A stretch of 63,639 nt of DNA, filler included, from Candidatus Woesearchaeota archaeon (GTDB lineage Archaea > Nanobdellota > Nanobdellia > Woesearchaeales > CG1-02-33-12): assembly GCA_018399355.1 (NCBI GenBank). It is 7 parts of 7 records of this genome, joined end to end, with 100 filler letters (N's around TTAATTAATTAA, not from the genome) between each part and the next. Parts side by side here need not be neighbours in the genome. Positions count along the whole stretch, not along the records: positions 39,474 to 48,607 come from JAGYOA010000037.1; positions 48,708 to 57,356 come from JAGYOA010000038.1; 5 more parts are not named here. The stretch is one strand, 5' to 3'. This document shows positions 44,201 through 53,844 of this stretch, one piece after another. The notes below the pieces were generated by a model. The model saw only the letters and a program-made list of their open reading frames with translations. It did not search any database and had not been told where the DNA came from. Each line of letters opens with the position of its first letter. Within the stretch, counting starts at the first letter, position 1. Both the position numbers and the translations under genes were made by a program.

Positions 44201-44751
44201 ACATCCAGAAAGAGTATGAAAAGCTCCTTGAGAAAAAAGAAAAGCTTTCAAGCGAGAAAAATGATGTTCTTTTAATGATAGATGAAGTTGAGGGAAAGAA
44301 AAAAGAGCTATTTATGGTTACATTTAATTCTGTGAATGATAACTTTAAAAATATATTTTCCAAGCTAAGCTCAAAAGGAAATGCATTTCTTTCTCTTGAA
44401 AATGAGAAAGAGCCTTTTGAAGGAGGAATAAGGATAAGAGTAAAGATAACAGGAAGAAGGTTTATGGATATACAATCCCTCTCAGGAGGAGAAAAAAGCA
44501 TGACTGCTTTGGCATTTATATTCTCAATACAGGACTACAAGCCAGCATCTTTCTATATACTTGATGAGGTTGATGCAGCCCTTGACAAACAGAATTCAGA
44601 AAAGCTCGCAAAACTTATAAGGAAATATTCTGAAAAAGCCCAGTATATTGTCATATCGCATAATGACGGCCTGATAACAGAAGCAGACATACTTTATGGG
44701 GTATCTATGGAAAAGAATGGAGTAAGTAATGTTGTAAGCCTTAAGATATGA
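41260..44751 (+). CDS. smc: chromosome segregation protein SMC
   Basis: GFKSF, GPNGSGKSN, coiled coils, hinge (GIYGTVASL..VTLDGD..GSMRGG), LSGGEKS and LDEVDAALD. Confidence 0.97.
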   Translation: MTRINKLVIRGFKSFAKRTELVFGENFNCILGPNGSGKSNVMDALCFVLGRMSSKSMRAEKSANLIYNGGKKGTAAKDGEVSIYFDNTRKIFPSDDKEIKITRIVKQNGQSIYKINDKKRTRQQILDMMSVAAIDPEGYNIILQGDINKFVEMSANERRLIVEEIAGISIYEEKKKKALNELEKVENKLNEADIILTERQTYLKELKSERDQALKYKNMSDNIKQNKATYLDIQIKKKQNEKEKLESEIDSCKKKIEKTQSEVKDMKEKISEKRKETDKITKHIEEEGEKEQLEMQKSIEKLRVDIETNKTRIATCENELVKIESRKNQLQKDLSEINDKIDFLHSEVSRLEKTKDAKNKDIKQIENSIASFKKKHKVDNLEEIEKEISKIEKEEEESQKEIQVLREKQQQLLREKDKIEYQIQGIEDAVKKVLDVEKENKEAIKNLNDKKSSFKKKTLDLNKLLNEDSSLAAQISKVRDNLFSAKGELEKLNVKNIGAKERAAGSIAVKNIIEQKNKIRGIYGTVASLGHVSSKYSNALEVAAGSRIQSIVVEDDKVAETCIKFLKDKKLGIANFLPLNKIKGNEFNDQAKKILSSNGVHNFAIDLVSFDKKFKKAFSYVFGDTLVVDNISVARRIGIGNYRMVTLDGDLMEKSGSMRGGYRKKTGISFKEEDFAKDIQEYENKVNELEESFNVLTKRRSEIEESITTLRNEKASLEGEIIKLEKGLHLEKGDTDATKKRKSELAEKLKEIESEISKTEKGIEQSNRNITSVKTKKQELRAKISGLRNPTLLAELNTFEDKKQELKNEIMEIDSKISSMNTQINDILVRDKENITRILKEQEKEKNQFSSELEQIKEKIKKQGKDLSVKEKEQKEFRTKFRGLFNKRDELNKEIIKLESDINNKEDQNRGTETRMNNITMKNVEIKAELSGMEKDFEQYEDVELVKERSEESLKREINKFESMINDLGAVNMRALEVYDNIQKEYEKLLEKKEKLSSEKNDVLLMIDEVEGKKKELFMVTFNSVNDNFKNIFSKLSSKGNAFLSLENEKEPFEGGIRIRVKITGRRFMDIQSLSGGEKSMTALAFIFSIQDYKPASFYILDEVDAALDKQNSEKLAKLIRKYSEKAQYIVISHNDGLITEADILYGVSMEKNGVSNVVSLKI

Positions 44752-45877
44752 GTTCTTTTAAAACCTTGTTTATCTCTTCTGCTGTGTTACCCCAGTTATA
44801 AAATGTCAAAATTGTTTTTCTTGCATTTTCTCCAAGAGACAATGCCTTGCTCTTGTCTTTCAAAAGCATATCTATTTTTTTTGAAAGGCCATATGAATCC
44901 TTTTTCTTGAAGAATATTCCGTTCTGGTTGTTTTTTATATATTCTTTTATGCTTCCAACCTTAGTTGAAATAACAGGCAATGCGCAGGACATTGCCTCCA
45001 TTGTGGAAAGTGAAGAAGTTTCAGTCAATGACGGCATAACATAAACATCCATTGCCTGAAGATAAGGCACTATATTTTCAGCGTATTCAACAACAATTAT
45101 ATCTTTCTTTGATTCCAAAATTATCCTAAGCTTGTGCACTCCCTTGCCAACTATAAGAAGCATAATGTCATCATAAGTTCTTCTCAGTCTTAGGAAAGCC
45201 CTGTAAAGAGTTATCAGGTTTTTTTCCAGGCCTATCCTTCCTGTAAACCCTATAACTGTTTTATTTGGGTTTATTCCTATTTTCTCTTTTACTTCCTTTT
45301 TGTCTTTAGGAGGAATAAATTTTGTCGTGTTTGTTCCAAGATAAACAATTTTCTTTTTGGTTTTTATATTGTGCCAGTTGAAAAGCTCAGCTACCTCTAA
45401 AGAAGGAACAAGTAATAAATCGAACTGGTTGTAAAGCATTATGGCAGTTATCTTTGTTATTGAATAAACCACGTGCCTGAATGGATTTTTGTATGAAAGG
45501 CTGCTTGAAAAAAGCTCCCATTCTATTGAATGAACATACCCCAACAATCTCTTTTTATATAGTCTTGCAAAGATTATCGCAGGAACTCCTATCGGACCTA
45601 TTGTTTGTGTCCATACTATGTCTGCTTTTTTTACTTCCCTGTGTATTATTCCTAAACGGATTTTTGCAGGGCTGTAGTCCCCTAACTTCATTCCGGACAA
45701 AGGTATTCTTATGATATTTATGTTTTCAAAATCTTTTGTTTCTCCACTGAAATCAGGAGCTATAACAGTTATCTCATATTCATTGCAGAGCCTTGGTATT
45801 ACCTCGCTGAGGAATCTTGCAATTCCATCCCACCTGGGAAGGAAATTTTCTGTTGCAATTAAAAGTCTTTTTTTCAT
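44741..45877 (-). CDS. GT4 glycosyltransferase
   Basis: ENFLPRWDG, FTGRIGLEKN, VMPSLTETSSLSTMEAMSC; ATGA overlap with the upstream stop. Confidence 0.9.
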   Translation of the reverse strand: MKKRLLIATENFLPRWDGIARFLSEVIPRLCNEYEITVIAPDFSGETKDFENINIIRIPLSGMKLGDYSPAKIRLGIIHREVKKADIVWTQTIGPIGVPAIIFARLYKKRLLGYVHSIEWELFSSSLSYKNPFRHVVYSITKITAIMLYNQFDLLLVPSLEVAELFNWHNIKTKKKIVYLGTNTTKFIPPKDKKEVKEKIGINPNKTVIGFTGRIGLEKNLITLYRAFLRLRRTYDDIMLLIVGKGVHKLRIILESKKDIIVVEYAENIVPYLQAMDVYVMPSLTETSSLSTMEAMSCALPVISTKVGSIKEYIKNNQNGIFFKKKDSYGLSKKIDMLLKDKSKALSLGENARKTILTFYNWGNTAEEINKVLKELIS

Positions 45878-46527
45878 CTTATCTTGTAAAACTTTTCTGC
45901 GCGTTTGCATTCATTTTTCATTCCATTTATAAGCGAACTGATATATGAAATTACATAAGGTATGAGCATGGCGTGAATCTGGCTTTTAAAGCAGTTAAGT
46001 GCTTTCATCTTTAAATTAAATGTTTCTGTAATATCTATGTAAACTTTGGGCATGTGCCTTTTTTTTATATCAACAACATTCCAAACATCAAATCCCAAAA
46101 GGTCTCCCTTGAAATCTATTTCATCAAGAATTTCCTTAACAGTATTGCATACCACTCTATGGTCTTCATGCACATCATCCATGACATGGGTAAATATCCT
46201 AAAAGGTTTTTTTTCCTTTATTATCTTTTTCAGTTTTTCTTTGATGTCTCTCTCTTGGATCCCTTTTTTAAAATTACCTTCTCCCAATCCAAAAAAAACA
46301 ACTCCTGAGCCACCAATAACCTTATCTGCTTCCTGGGCTTCCTTGACCCTTATCTCAACACTTACCTTTTTCTTAAGCCATATATGGGATATCTCTCCGT
46401 ATGAGAATACAACTGTAAAAATTTCCTTGCCTTCCTTGGCATACTTAATAAGCGATCCACCTGGACCAAGTATCTGGTCATCTGAATGGGCGCATACAAC
46501 AAGAACTGTTTCTTTTTTCTTGGCCAT
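45874..46527 (-). CDS. PIG-L/LmbE-family N-acetylglucosaminyl deacetylase
   Basis: CAHSDDQILGPGG, R.KEA, D.HEDH and FKSQ. Confidence 0.88.
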   Translation of the reverse strand: MAKKKETVLVVCAHSDDQILGPGGSLIKYAKEGKEIFTVVFSYGEISHIWLKKKVSVEIRVKEAQEADKVIGGSGVVFFGLGEGNFKKGIQERDIKEKLKKIIKEKKPFRIFTHVMDDVHEDHRVVCNTVKEILDEIDFKGDLLGFDVWNVVDIKKRHMPKVYIDITETFNLKMKALNCFKSQIHAMLIPYVISYISSLINGMKNECKRAEKFYKIR

Positions 46528-46572
46528 AATAACAATTAGAGATAGTTTATTAATTAAGCTTTCGATTTAAAA

Positions 46573-46646
46573 TGGGGCAGCGGGAATTTGAATCCCGGAC
46601 ACCATGATCTTCAGTCATGTGCTCTCCCAGGCTGAGCTACTGCCCC
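46573..46646 (-). tRNA. tRNA-Phe(GAA), intronless, CCA not encoded
   Basis: Full cloverleaf: GGGGCAG/CTGCCCC acceptor, GCTC/GAGC D stem, CATGA-CTGAAGA-TCATG anticodon arm, CGGGA-TTCAAAT-TCCCG T arm, discriminator A. Confidence 0.95.
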
Positions 46647-46667
46647 AAAAAAAGAATAAAAAATTAA

Positions 46668-47009
46668 TTATTCTTCGATAGATTCTTCAGATGTTTCTGA
46701 ATTATTGTCTCCTTCGTTCGCGTTTGCAACAACCTCAAGCTTTCCTGTTCTGCCTGATGTCAGCTGAGGTGTTCCCTGCCATTCATTAACATACCCATTT
46801 GTTATCTTGACTGTGTCGCCTACTTTCACTTTATCAATATCATCATTCCATAAAGTAAGCTCTATTTCTCCTGTCTCGTCTTTTATCTTTGCGTTTGCAA
46901 CTCGTCCGGGTTTGCCAAACTTGCTGAATTCTCGCACTTCTCCTATCTCAACAACCTCTGCTACGAGGTCAACATTTCCTTGTTTTACTTGTAGATCTTT
47001 TATTGCCAT
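46668..47009 (-). CDS. ssb: single-OB-fold single-stranded DNA-binding protein with acidic tail
   Basis: IKDL..GNV..V..V....REF..GRVANA.IKDETGEI.LTLWN..GDTVKITNGYVNEWQG. Confidence 0.88.
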   Translation of the reverse strand: MAIKDLQVKQGNVDLVAEVVEIGEVREFSKFGKPGRVANAKIKDETGEIELTLWNDDIDKVKVGDTVKITNGYVNEWQGTPQLTSGRTGKLEVVANANEGDNNSETSEESIEE

Positions 47010-47056
47010 ATATATTCACCTTTATCTTGGGAAAAATAAAAGCTTTAAAAATCTTT

Positions 47057-48511
47057 TTATTTAATCTGAGAAAAAGATGTTTCTTTTAGTATTAAACTCT
47101 CGATTATGTCTCTGAGCTCTGATATCTTTACTCTTACCTGCTTTGTTGTGTCCCTATCTCTTATTGTAACTGTCTTATCTTTCAATGAATCAAAATCAAC
47201 TGTTATGCAGAATGGAGTTCCAATCTCATCAGCCCTTGCATATCTTCTTCCTATTGAGCCTGAACGGTCGTATTTCACATTAAAGTATCTTTTTAAATTA
47301 TTTTTTATCTCTTTTGCAAGATTTTCAATCTCTGGCTTGTTCATCAGAGGGAATATCCCTGCTTTTATGGGTGAAAGCTTAGGGTCAAGATTCAGGACTA
47401 TGTTCCCCCTTTTCTTGTCATCATTATAAGAATCAAACATAAAAACAAGGAGTGCCCTCTCAACTCCAAGGCTTGGCTCTGCTGCAACATAAGGGACAAT
47501 TTTTTTATTTGTTTCCTGGTCAAATATACTTAAATCCTTTTTTGAGTGATTTATATGCTGTTTTAAGTCAAAATCACTCCTGTCCGCCATTCCTTGCAGT
47601 TCTTTCCACCCAAAAGGAAAGTTATATTCTAAATCCCAACAATCTGATGAATAGTGGGCAAGCTCATCTTTCATGTGCTGCCTTATTCTGAAATTATCAG
47701 GATTAGCTCCAAGGCTTATAAACCATTTGTGCTCTAAAGCAAGCCAGTAAGCAAGCCATTCTGTATTTATTACCTTATTTTTCAATGCCTGCTCTATTTT
47801 CATCTTCTTTGGCTTTTGATTCTTTTTTTGCATATCTTCTGAAAGAATATTAATCTCATGTTTCAGAACATCTTTTATGAATGGGCATTTTTTTGAATCA
47901 TCTGGGTTTACAAAATATTCTATCTCCATCTGCTCAAATTCTCTTGATCTAAAAAGAAAATCTCTTGGTGAGATTTCATTCCTGAATGCCTTTCCAATCT
48001 GCGCAATTCCAAAGGGCAATTTTAATCTTGAGCTTTCTGCAACCAGTTTAAAGTTTGCAAATATCAGTTGTGCTGTCTCAGGCCTTAAATAAGCTGCATT
48101 GCCTTCAACAGGTCCAACATTAGTCTTGAACATTAAGTTTATATCTCCCAAAACCTCATATTCTCCTCCGCATTCGCATTTTACCTTTCCTATCTCGCTT
48201 TTGTCTATCTTATTTGGTTTTTTGCATTTTTTGCACTTAACATAAACATCATTAAAATTAGCAACATGACCTGATGCTTCCCAGACTTTTGGGTTTGTTA
48301 TTATGCTTCCATCTATTCCAACTATGTCTTCTCTTTGCTGGACGTGGAATTTCCACCATTCCTTTTTTATGTTGTTTTTTATTTCAACACATTCAGGGCC
48401 AAAATCAAAGAATCCTGATAAACCTCCGTAAATCTCTCCGGACTGGAATACAAGGCCCTTTTTCTTGCAAAATGTGGCCATATCCTCAATTGAAATCTTG
48501 TTGTCTGTCAT
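47057..48511 (-). CDS. glyS: glycyl-tRNA synthetase (alpha2 type)
   Basis: EIYGG, YLRPETAQ, QIGKAFRNEISPR..FRSREFEQME, EPSLGVER and GSIGRRYARADEIGTP. Confidence 0.96.
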   Translation of the reverse strand: MTDNKISIEDMATFCKKKGLVFQSGEIYGGLSGFFDFGPECVEIKNNIKKEWWKFHVQQREDIVGIDGSIITNPKVWEASGHVANFNDVYVKCKKCKKPNKIDKSEIGKVKCECGGEYEVLGDINLMFKTNVGPVEGNAAYLRPETAQLIFANFKLVAESSRLKLPFGIAQIGKAFRNEISPRDFLFRSREFEQMEIEYFVNPDDSKKCPFIKDVLKHEINILSEDMQKKNQKPKKMKIEQALKNKVINTEWLAYWLALEHKWFISLGANPDNFRIRQHMKDELAHYSSDCWDLEYNFPFGWKELQGMADRSDFDLKQHINHSKKDLSIFDQETNKKIVPYVAAEPSLGVERALLVFMFDSYNDDKKRGNIVLNLDPKLSPIKAGIFPLMNKPEIENLAKEIKNNLKRYFNVKYDRSGSIGRRYARADEIGTPFCITVDFDSLKDKTVTIRDRDTTKQVRVKISELRDIIESLILKETSFSQIK

Positions 48512-48607
48512 TATAATCTTAATAATTAAACTCTCATATAAAATTGTTTCTATAAAATTATTTATAAAAAGTTGTCCCTTGCATACAACAACAAATAAAA
48601 AGAATTA

Positions 48608-48707
48608 NNNNNNNNNNNNNNNNNNNNNNNNNNNNNNNNNNNNNNNNNNNNTTAATTAATTAANNNNNNNNNNNNNNNNNNNNNNNNNNNNNNNNNNNNN
48701 NNNNNNN
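48608..48707. other. artificial contig linker
   Basis: N44-TTAATTAATTAA-N44. Confidence 0.98.
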
Positions 48708-50817
48708 TTTTTGGAGTAAATGTTGTTTTGTAAACATTTTCATCTATCTTGTAAAATGTAAATCCTTCTAAATATGGCTCATTTTCAGAGAAGACAAATA
48801 TTTCTACGCTGTCATCTATCCTTGAGTCTTTTACTTTTACACTGAAATCTTCTTTTCTGGTTGGATCTCCTATTGCCCAGTTTACTGTTCTTGTTATAAG
48901 CCTTGAATTTTCCCTTGCCAAAAGCTCTCCTGCCCATATTTCAGGATCAGTTGTCAATGCAGCAACCCTTCCCAAACCAAATCGCCAAACCGTTGCTATT
49001 GGATTTGTATTGTATGTTGAAATCAGCATTCTTGCTGAGCCTTTTGGAACCACCTGGTTATAGCCGGTTATCCTTGCATTAAGCTCAAGGTTCTGAGTTA
49101 TAAAATGATTTGAGTCAATCAAAATCAGTCCCATTTTGTCTGTTTCTTCATCTTCATGTTCTCTGTTAAAGATTATATTGATTTTTTCAGTTTCGGTTGG
49201 CTCAAAATATGCTCCTCCTCCTGCAATTGCAAAGTTTTGCATAAATTCCCTGTTTGTATCAAATCCAACCCCTATTGCATATGTTTTTATTCCCTGGGCT
49301 TTCATGATTCTTGCTCTTGAAATTGAATCTGCAGGATGTTGTGTTATTCCATCGGATATAACAATAACATTTTTGCTTCCTTTTGCAGACCTTAAAATCT
49401 GCTCTGCCCTTATAAGACCTGCGGAAATATAAGTTCCAGCCTGGGGCCCTGAAACTTTTATAGTTGATATAGTATAGTTTATCTCTGGTTTTCCTGATAT
49501 TGGTGAAAGAGGAGATATTAAGTAAGAATAAAAGTCAAAAGCTATCACTGCAACCTTGTCATCTTCTTTTAACCCACCTATAATTTGGGTTGCAACTGCT
49601 TTTTGCACATCTAATTTTGAGTTTCCGCTAACTCCTTTAAACTCATAATCAACTGAACCTGAAACATCAAGAAGTATGACAACATTCATTCCAGTATCAT
49701 CCTGTTTTTCTGCCAATCCAACCTTCACAGGAAGGATTGTCTCAAAAATAGAATCTTCATAACCGCCATAATCAAAAGAATTATCTCCTCCTATTACTAC
49801 AAGTCCGTTCCCATCAACAACATAATTGCTTATTAAGTCATTTTTTTCAGTTATCCAGCTGTTTTCCATATTGTAAATTATAGCAGCAGAATATGGCTCA
49901 AGGTCATCAGGAATATAGCTCTTTTTTTCAACTTCATACATTGTATCAAGGATTTTTGTGATCTCAACATCTTTTTGTGAAACAAATAATATTTTGGGTT
50001 TTGGAAGAACATGTATTGTCTTATAATAAACATTATTTTCAGAAAAATAGTCATCTGCTGTTATTGAAGCCTCTATTTTATGGTAGCCTGTGTTGAGTCT
50101 TTCCTTGATTTCAAATGTCTTTTGCCCAGATGCACTTTCCTCAATTATTATCTGGTCATTTAACATTATTTTAATATCATAATCTATATTAATTGGACCT
50201 ACATGATTTACATCAATATATATCTCAGCCTCATTACCGTATATAACCTCATCAGGAGCATCTATCACAACAGCAAGGTCTGAATTAATTGGATTTATAT
50301 TAACCGAGCTTATTGTTGTATTAAGAGATGAAGCAAGCATCATCACACTTCCTAAAGACGATCCCTTGTTGTTATTTCCATCACTGATTAAAAGCAGATT
50401 ATCATTTCCCTCCATATTATTGATTACAGCATCTCCTATTGGTGAATAATCTCCAGGGCATATGTTCTTCATCTGAGCAGGTATTTCCTTTTCAAGAGAA
50501 GATTTTATTTCACCAGCTATACCTGCATCAAACATACTAAATGATGTTGAGTTATCAGCAAGGATTGTTACTGAAGGGTTTCCTTCAATAAACCTTTCAT
50601 CAAGTGTAAAAGGCGAAGCAATTGCAATGATAAGAAGAATGAATATTATTGATCTTGATATTGTAATTAAAATCCTTTGTGTTTTTTTATCTTTTTTGTA
50701 TTTGTGTTCCTCTAGTTTATTTACAAAAACTATAAAGGTTTTTCTGATTATGATTATTAATACTATCAAAGCTAAAGGAATTAATGCAAGAGCCAAAGGA
50801 TATTTAAAATAAAAAAT
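48708..50817 (-). CDS. membrane-anchored vWA-domain protein with GATase-like domain (3' end cut)
   Basis: N-terminal TMs, DNSTSF/ISDG, DVSGSV..T..ISDG MIDAS, GLVVIGG and WRFGLGRVAAL; start is either TTG 50796 or non-canonical ATT 50817. Confidence 0.8.
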
Positions 50818-52580
50818 TATAAATCACCTCTTGATTTTATATATAATATTTCAAAAAGCATTAATAAAAGAGCTGCTGTTATAAAGTAAATATTGAGATT
50901 TAAAACAGCCTCCTCATGAGATGTTCCGGGAACAAATTCACTGTTTTCAAAAGATATTGTCTGTCTTCCAACATCTGATTCAATTTCATTGATTAAATTA
51001 ACTGCAATTTTTTTGTTTTCAGTTTCATAAATTCCTGTTTTTTTTATTTCAGGTTTTTGTTCTATATTAAAGTTGTAATCTCTGATGTCTCCTATGCCTG
51101 CAAGATGATTCAGAACATCATTCCAGAATATAGGATATGATGTCTGTGTTTTAAAGTCACTTTCCTTATCTAAAATTCCATAGTATAATATGTTTCCTTC
51201 CCCTCTATTAGTTATTGCAAATAAAGGGCTTGAATCATCTGCTTCTATTAATGATATTGAATTTTCTTTTATAGTCGATTTAAAATATCTTCTTGCTGTT
51301 GTAAAGCATCTTTCATTATCAAACTGGCTTGTGAAATCATTTAATAAAATTGCGCAAGCTTTCGTATTATTGCCTTTTTCATTAATTTCAACAGGAAGAA
51401 GCCATGAAATGCCCATTTCATCAATGCCTTCCTGTGCAGTTATTATCAAATTTTTTCCATTTCCCACTTCTCTGGCTATCTCTTCAAATGTTCCCGGAAG
51501 GATTAATTTTATATCTATTTCTCCTACTATTATAACATCATTTAATTCAACACCTCTAACTATAGGAGGTTCTTCTACTTGAAGATTAACTTCCTTGAAT
51601 GACTCAAGGGCTTTCATAAGATAGCTTTCTTTAGAGTTGGTTATAAGAAGAACATTTATTTGTTTTTTTTCAGGAGCACTTATGTAAACAGTATTGTCCA
51701 AGATAAAATCATCATCTGAGTTAATACTAATCTGGCTTATGCCTGTTAGAGTTTCAAAATCAAATTTTTCTGTTGATTTTGCGCTTATTTTTTTTGACTT
51801 TCTTTCAATTGCAATATCATCCTTGATAACTGCTGCTGTAATTTCAACTTCTTTATCATTGAAGTTTTTTACATCAGCAATAACTCTGTATTTGCTGATA
51901 TCAAGATTAACTATGCCAACATTTTCTGCACTTGTCCATGTGCTTACAAATTCAACCTCAATTCCTTTTGATGATATTATTCTTTTTGACTTGAGGATTT
52001 CGTTTGCATCATCAACTAAAAAATCGCTTATAACAACAATTCTTCCCTTTCTTCCTTCAAGTATAGATTCTGCCTCATAAAGCGCGCCCTCTATGTTTGT
52101 AGGGGTGTCCTTTGGCCTTATTGCATCTATTATTGTTGTGGCCTGATTTTTTGTTCCGTCTTCCAAGAATGTTTCAGGAATATCTGATGCAGAGATTATG
52201 CTGATTCTGCCCTGAAAGTAATCTTTGGCAATCTCAACAGATTTTTCAAACCTTGTTTTTCCATTGATTAAAGCCTGGGAGCTTGCGCTTGTATCTATTA
52301 TAATTACAGTATTTTCAGATGTTGCTTTTTCAGATGTTATTAAATAAGGTGATGCTATTGATAATGCGATAAGGCAGATAACCAGAATCTGGATAATAAA
52401 TAAAAGGTTTCTAAGAATTTTCTTGAAAAATGAGTCTTCTGCGGCATGTTTTTGGCCCTTCATAAAGAACATAAGAGACGGAATTACCTTTTCAAGAGGC
52501 TTTGGTCTCCTAAGATAGATTATTATTAGGGGTATTAAGGCAAGGAAAGCAAAAAGCCCCAGTGTATTAGCTATTAGCAT
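50817..52580 (-). CDS. BatA-type N-terminal TM + vWA domain protein
   Basis: LIPLIIIYL..P.P....PSLMFF BatA motif, IIDTSASS, VISDF and C-terminal TM ending RGDL. Confidence 0.85.
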   Translation of the reverse strand: MLIANTLGLFAFLALIPLIIIYLRRPKPLEKVIPSLMFFMKGQKHAAEDSFFKKILRNLLFIIQILVICLIALSIASPYLITSEKATSENTVIIIDTSASSQALINGKTRFEKSVEIAKDYFQGRISIISASDIPETFLEDGTKNQATTIIDAIRPKDTPTNIEGALYEAESILEGRKGRIVVISDFLVDDANEILKSKRIISSKGIEVEFVSTWTSAENVGIVNLDISKYRVIADVKNFNDKEVEITAAVIKDDIAIERKSKKISAKSTEKFDFETLTGISQISINSDDDFILDNTVYISAPEKKQINVLLITNSKESYLMKALESFKEVNLQVEEPPIVRGVELNDVIIVGEIDIKLILPGTFEEIAREVGNGKNLIITAQEGIDEMGISWLLPVEINEKGNNTKACAILLNDFTSQFDNERCFTTARRYFKSTIKENSISLIEADDSSPLFAITNRGEGNILYYGILDKESDFKTQTSYPIFWNDVLNHLAGIGDIRDYNFNIEQKPEIKKTGIYETENKKIAVNLINEIESDVGRQTISFENSEFVPGTSHEEAVLNLNIYFITAALLLMLFEILYIKSRGDL

Positions 52581-52645
52581 TAAGCACCTCTTTCATAAAA
52601 TTACTTATTAGAACAAAATCACAATATAAATATTTTGCCTTTTAT

Positions 52646-53212
52646 CTAAACAGAAATAAGGCTGTATTTTATTTTAATCCATCCGGAATTAATCTTTTTG
52701 TAGTTGTTAATCCTTTCAAAATCATCAATGCTCATACCCTCTGGCTTTGTGTAGTCAGATGTTGCCTGACCCATATTCTGCATCATTATTACTTTTCCAA
52801 GAAATTGATCAATATCTTTGTTTTCAACAATCGGCGCATCATACTCTCTTTTTTCCTTGTTTTTTTTAGTTGATTCCCAATTAGAATTCTGAAAATTTAA
52901 TTGTTTTTTGCCTATATTTGATATTAAGTAATCATCGTAGTTAAATCTAATATTTTGCTCATAAAAAGATTTTTCATGGATGATCCTTTGCATAAGAGAA
53001 AAATAGTTAAGGTTTTGATGAGATTTTTTATCTTTTTTTTGTAAATTTTTATGTTTTAATCCAGATAATACTACTGAATCAATATTAGTTGATTTTTTTA
53101 ATCTAGGCTTATTCTTTATTTTTTTCATACTATTTATTACTTCAATAAGGCTATTTTCAATTAATCTATTATTAATTTCTGTTTGATTACTCTTATTGGA
53201 TACCATATCCAA
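52646..53212 (-). CDS. hypothetical protein
   Basis: 188 aa ORF; no motif recognised; start uncertain. Confidence 0.45.
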   Translation of the reverse strand: MDMVSNKSNQTEINNRLIENSLIEVINSMKKIKNKPRLKKSTNIDSVVLSGLKHKNLQKKDKKSHQNLNYFSLMQRIIHEKSFYEQNIRFNYDDYLISNIGKKQLNFQNSNWESTKKNKEKREYDAPIVENKDIDQFLGKVIMMQNMGQATSDYTKPEGMSIDDFERINNYKKINSGWIKIKYSLISV

Positions 53213-53250
53213 CAGAAAACTATAAATAATATATAAATCTGTTGTTTGTT

Positions 53251-53844
53251 ATGCCTGGAAACAAACCAAATTATTCAAGGATGGATGTTCTAAGAACATT
53301 ATTATTAATTAACAAAAATACAAGCAGGGTAGAGCTCGTTGAAAAAATTAATCTTGGTGAAGGTACAGTAAGAAGCATTCTTGATTTAATGAAAGATAAA
53401 GAATTAATCATATCAACAAACAAAGGACATTCTTTAACTCGGAAAGGATTAAATTTTATTAAAGAGATAAATTCAATTATTGAAATAAAAGACATAGAAT
53501 TCAATGAGATTTATCCTGGAATGAATAAGTCTGTTATATTGATTAAAACGAGAGAGAGAAAAAGAATAAGTTTTGAGCACCGTGATATTGCGGTAAGACA
53601 TGGGGCAAATGGTGCAATTATATCTCAATTTAAAGAGAAACTTATTATTCCCTGTCCTAATATTGATTTCAAAAAAACTTATCCAAATGATTATGATAAT
53701 ATAATCTCGTCAATAGAGCTTAAGAGGGAGAATATTTTGGTTATATGCTTCGCGAATAAAAAGGAAAATGCAGAAAAAGGAGCCTTTGCTGTTTCATTAG
53801 AAATTTCAAAAAAACTGGATAATATAATCAGTAAGATTTGCTGA
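53251..53844 (+). CDS. wHTH protein (DUF4443/DUF2111-like)
   Basis: SR..L...INLGEGTVRSIL..GHSLT.KG; EHRDIAVRHGANGA. Confidence 0.75.
   Translation: MPGNKPNYSRMDVLRTLLLINKNTSRVELVEKINLGEGTVRSILDLMKDKELIISTNKGHSLTRKGLNFIKEINSIIEIKDIEFNEIYPGMNKSVILIKTRERKRISFEHRDIAVRHGANGAIISQFKEKLIIPCPNIDFKKTYPNDYDNIISSIELKRENILVICFANKKENAEKGAFAVSLEISKKLDNIISKIC

Noticed and set aside
48708..52580. vWA gene pair as a novel system
   Set aside because: Matches the known archaeal BatA/vWA gene sets usually tied to a MoxR ATPase and DUF58; those partners are simply not on this contig.
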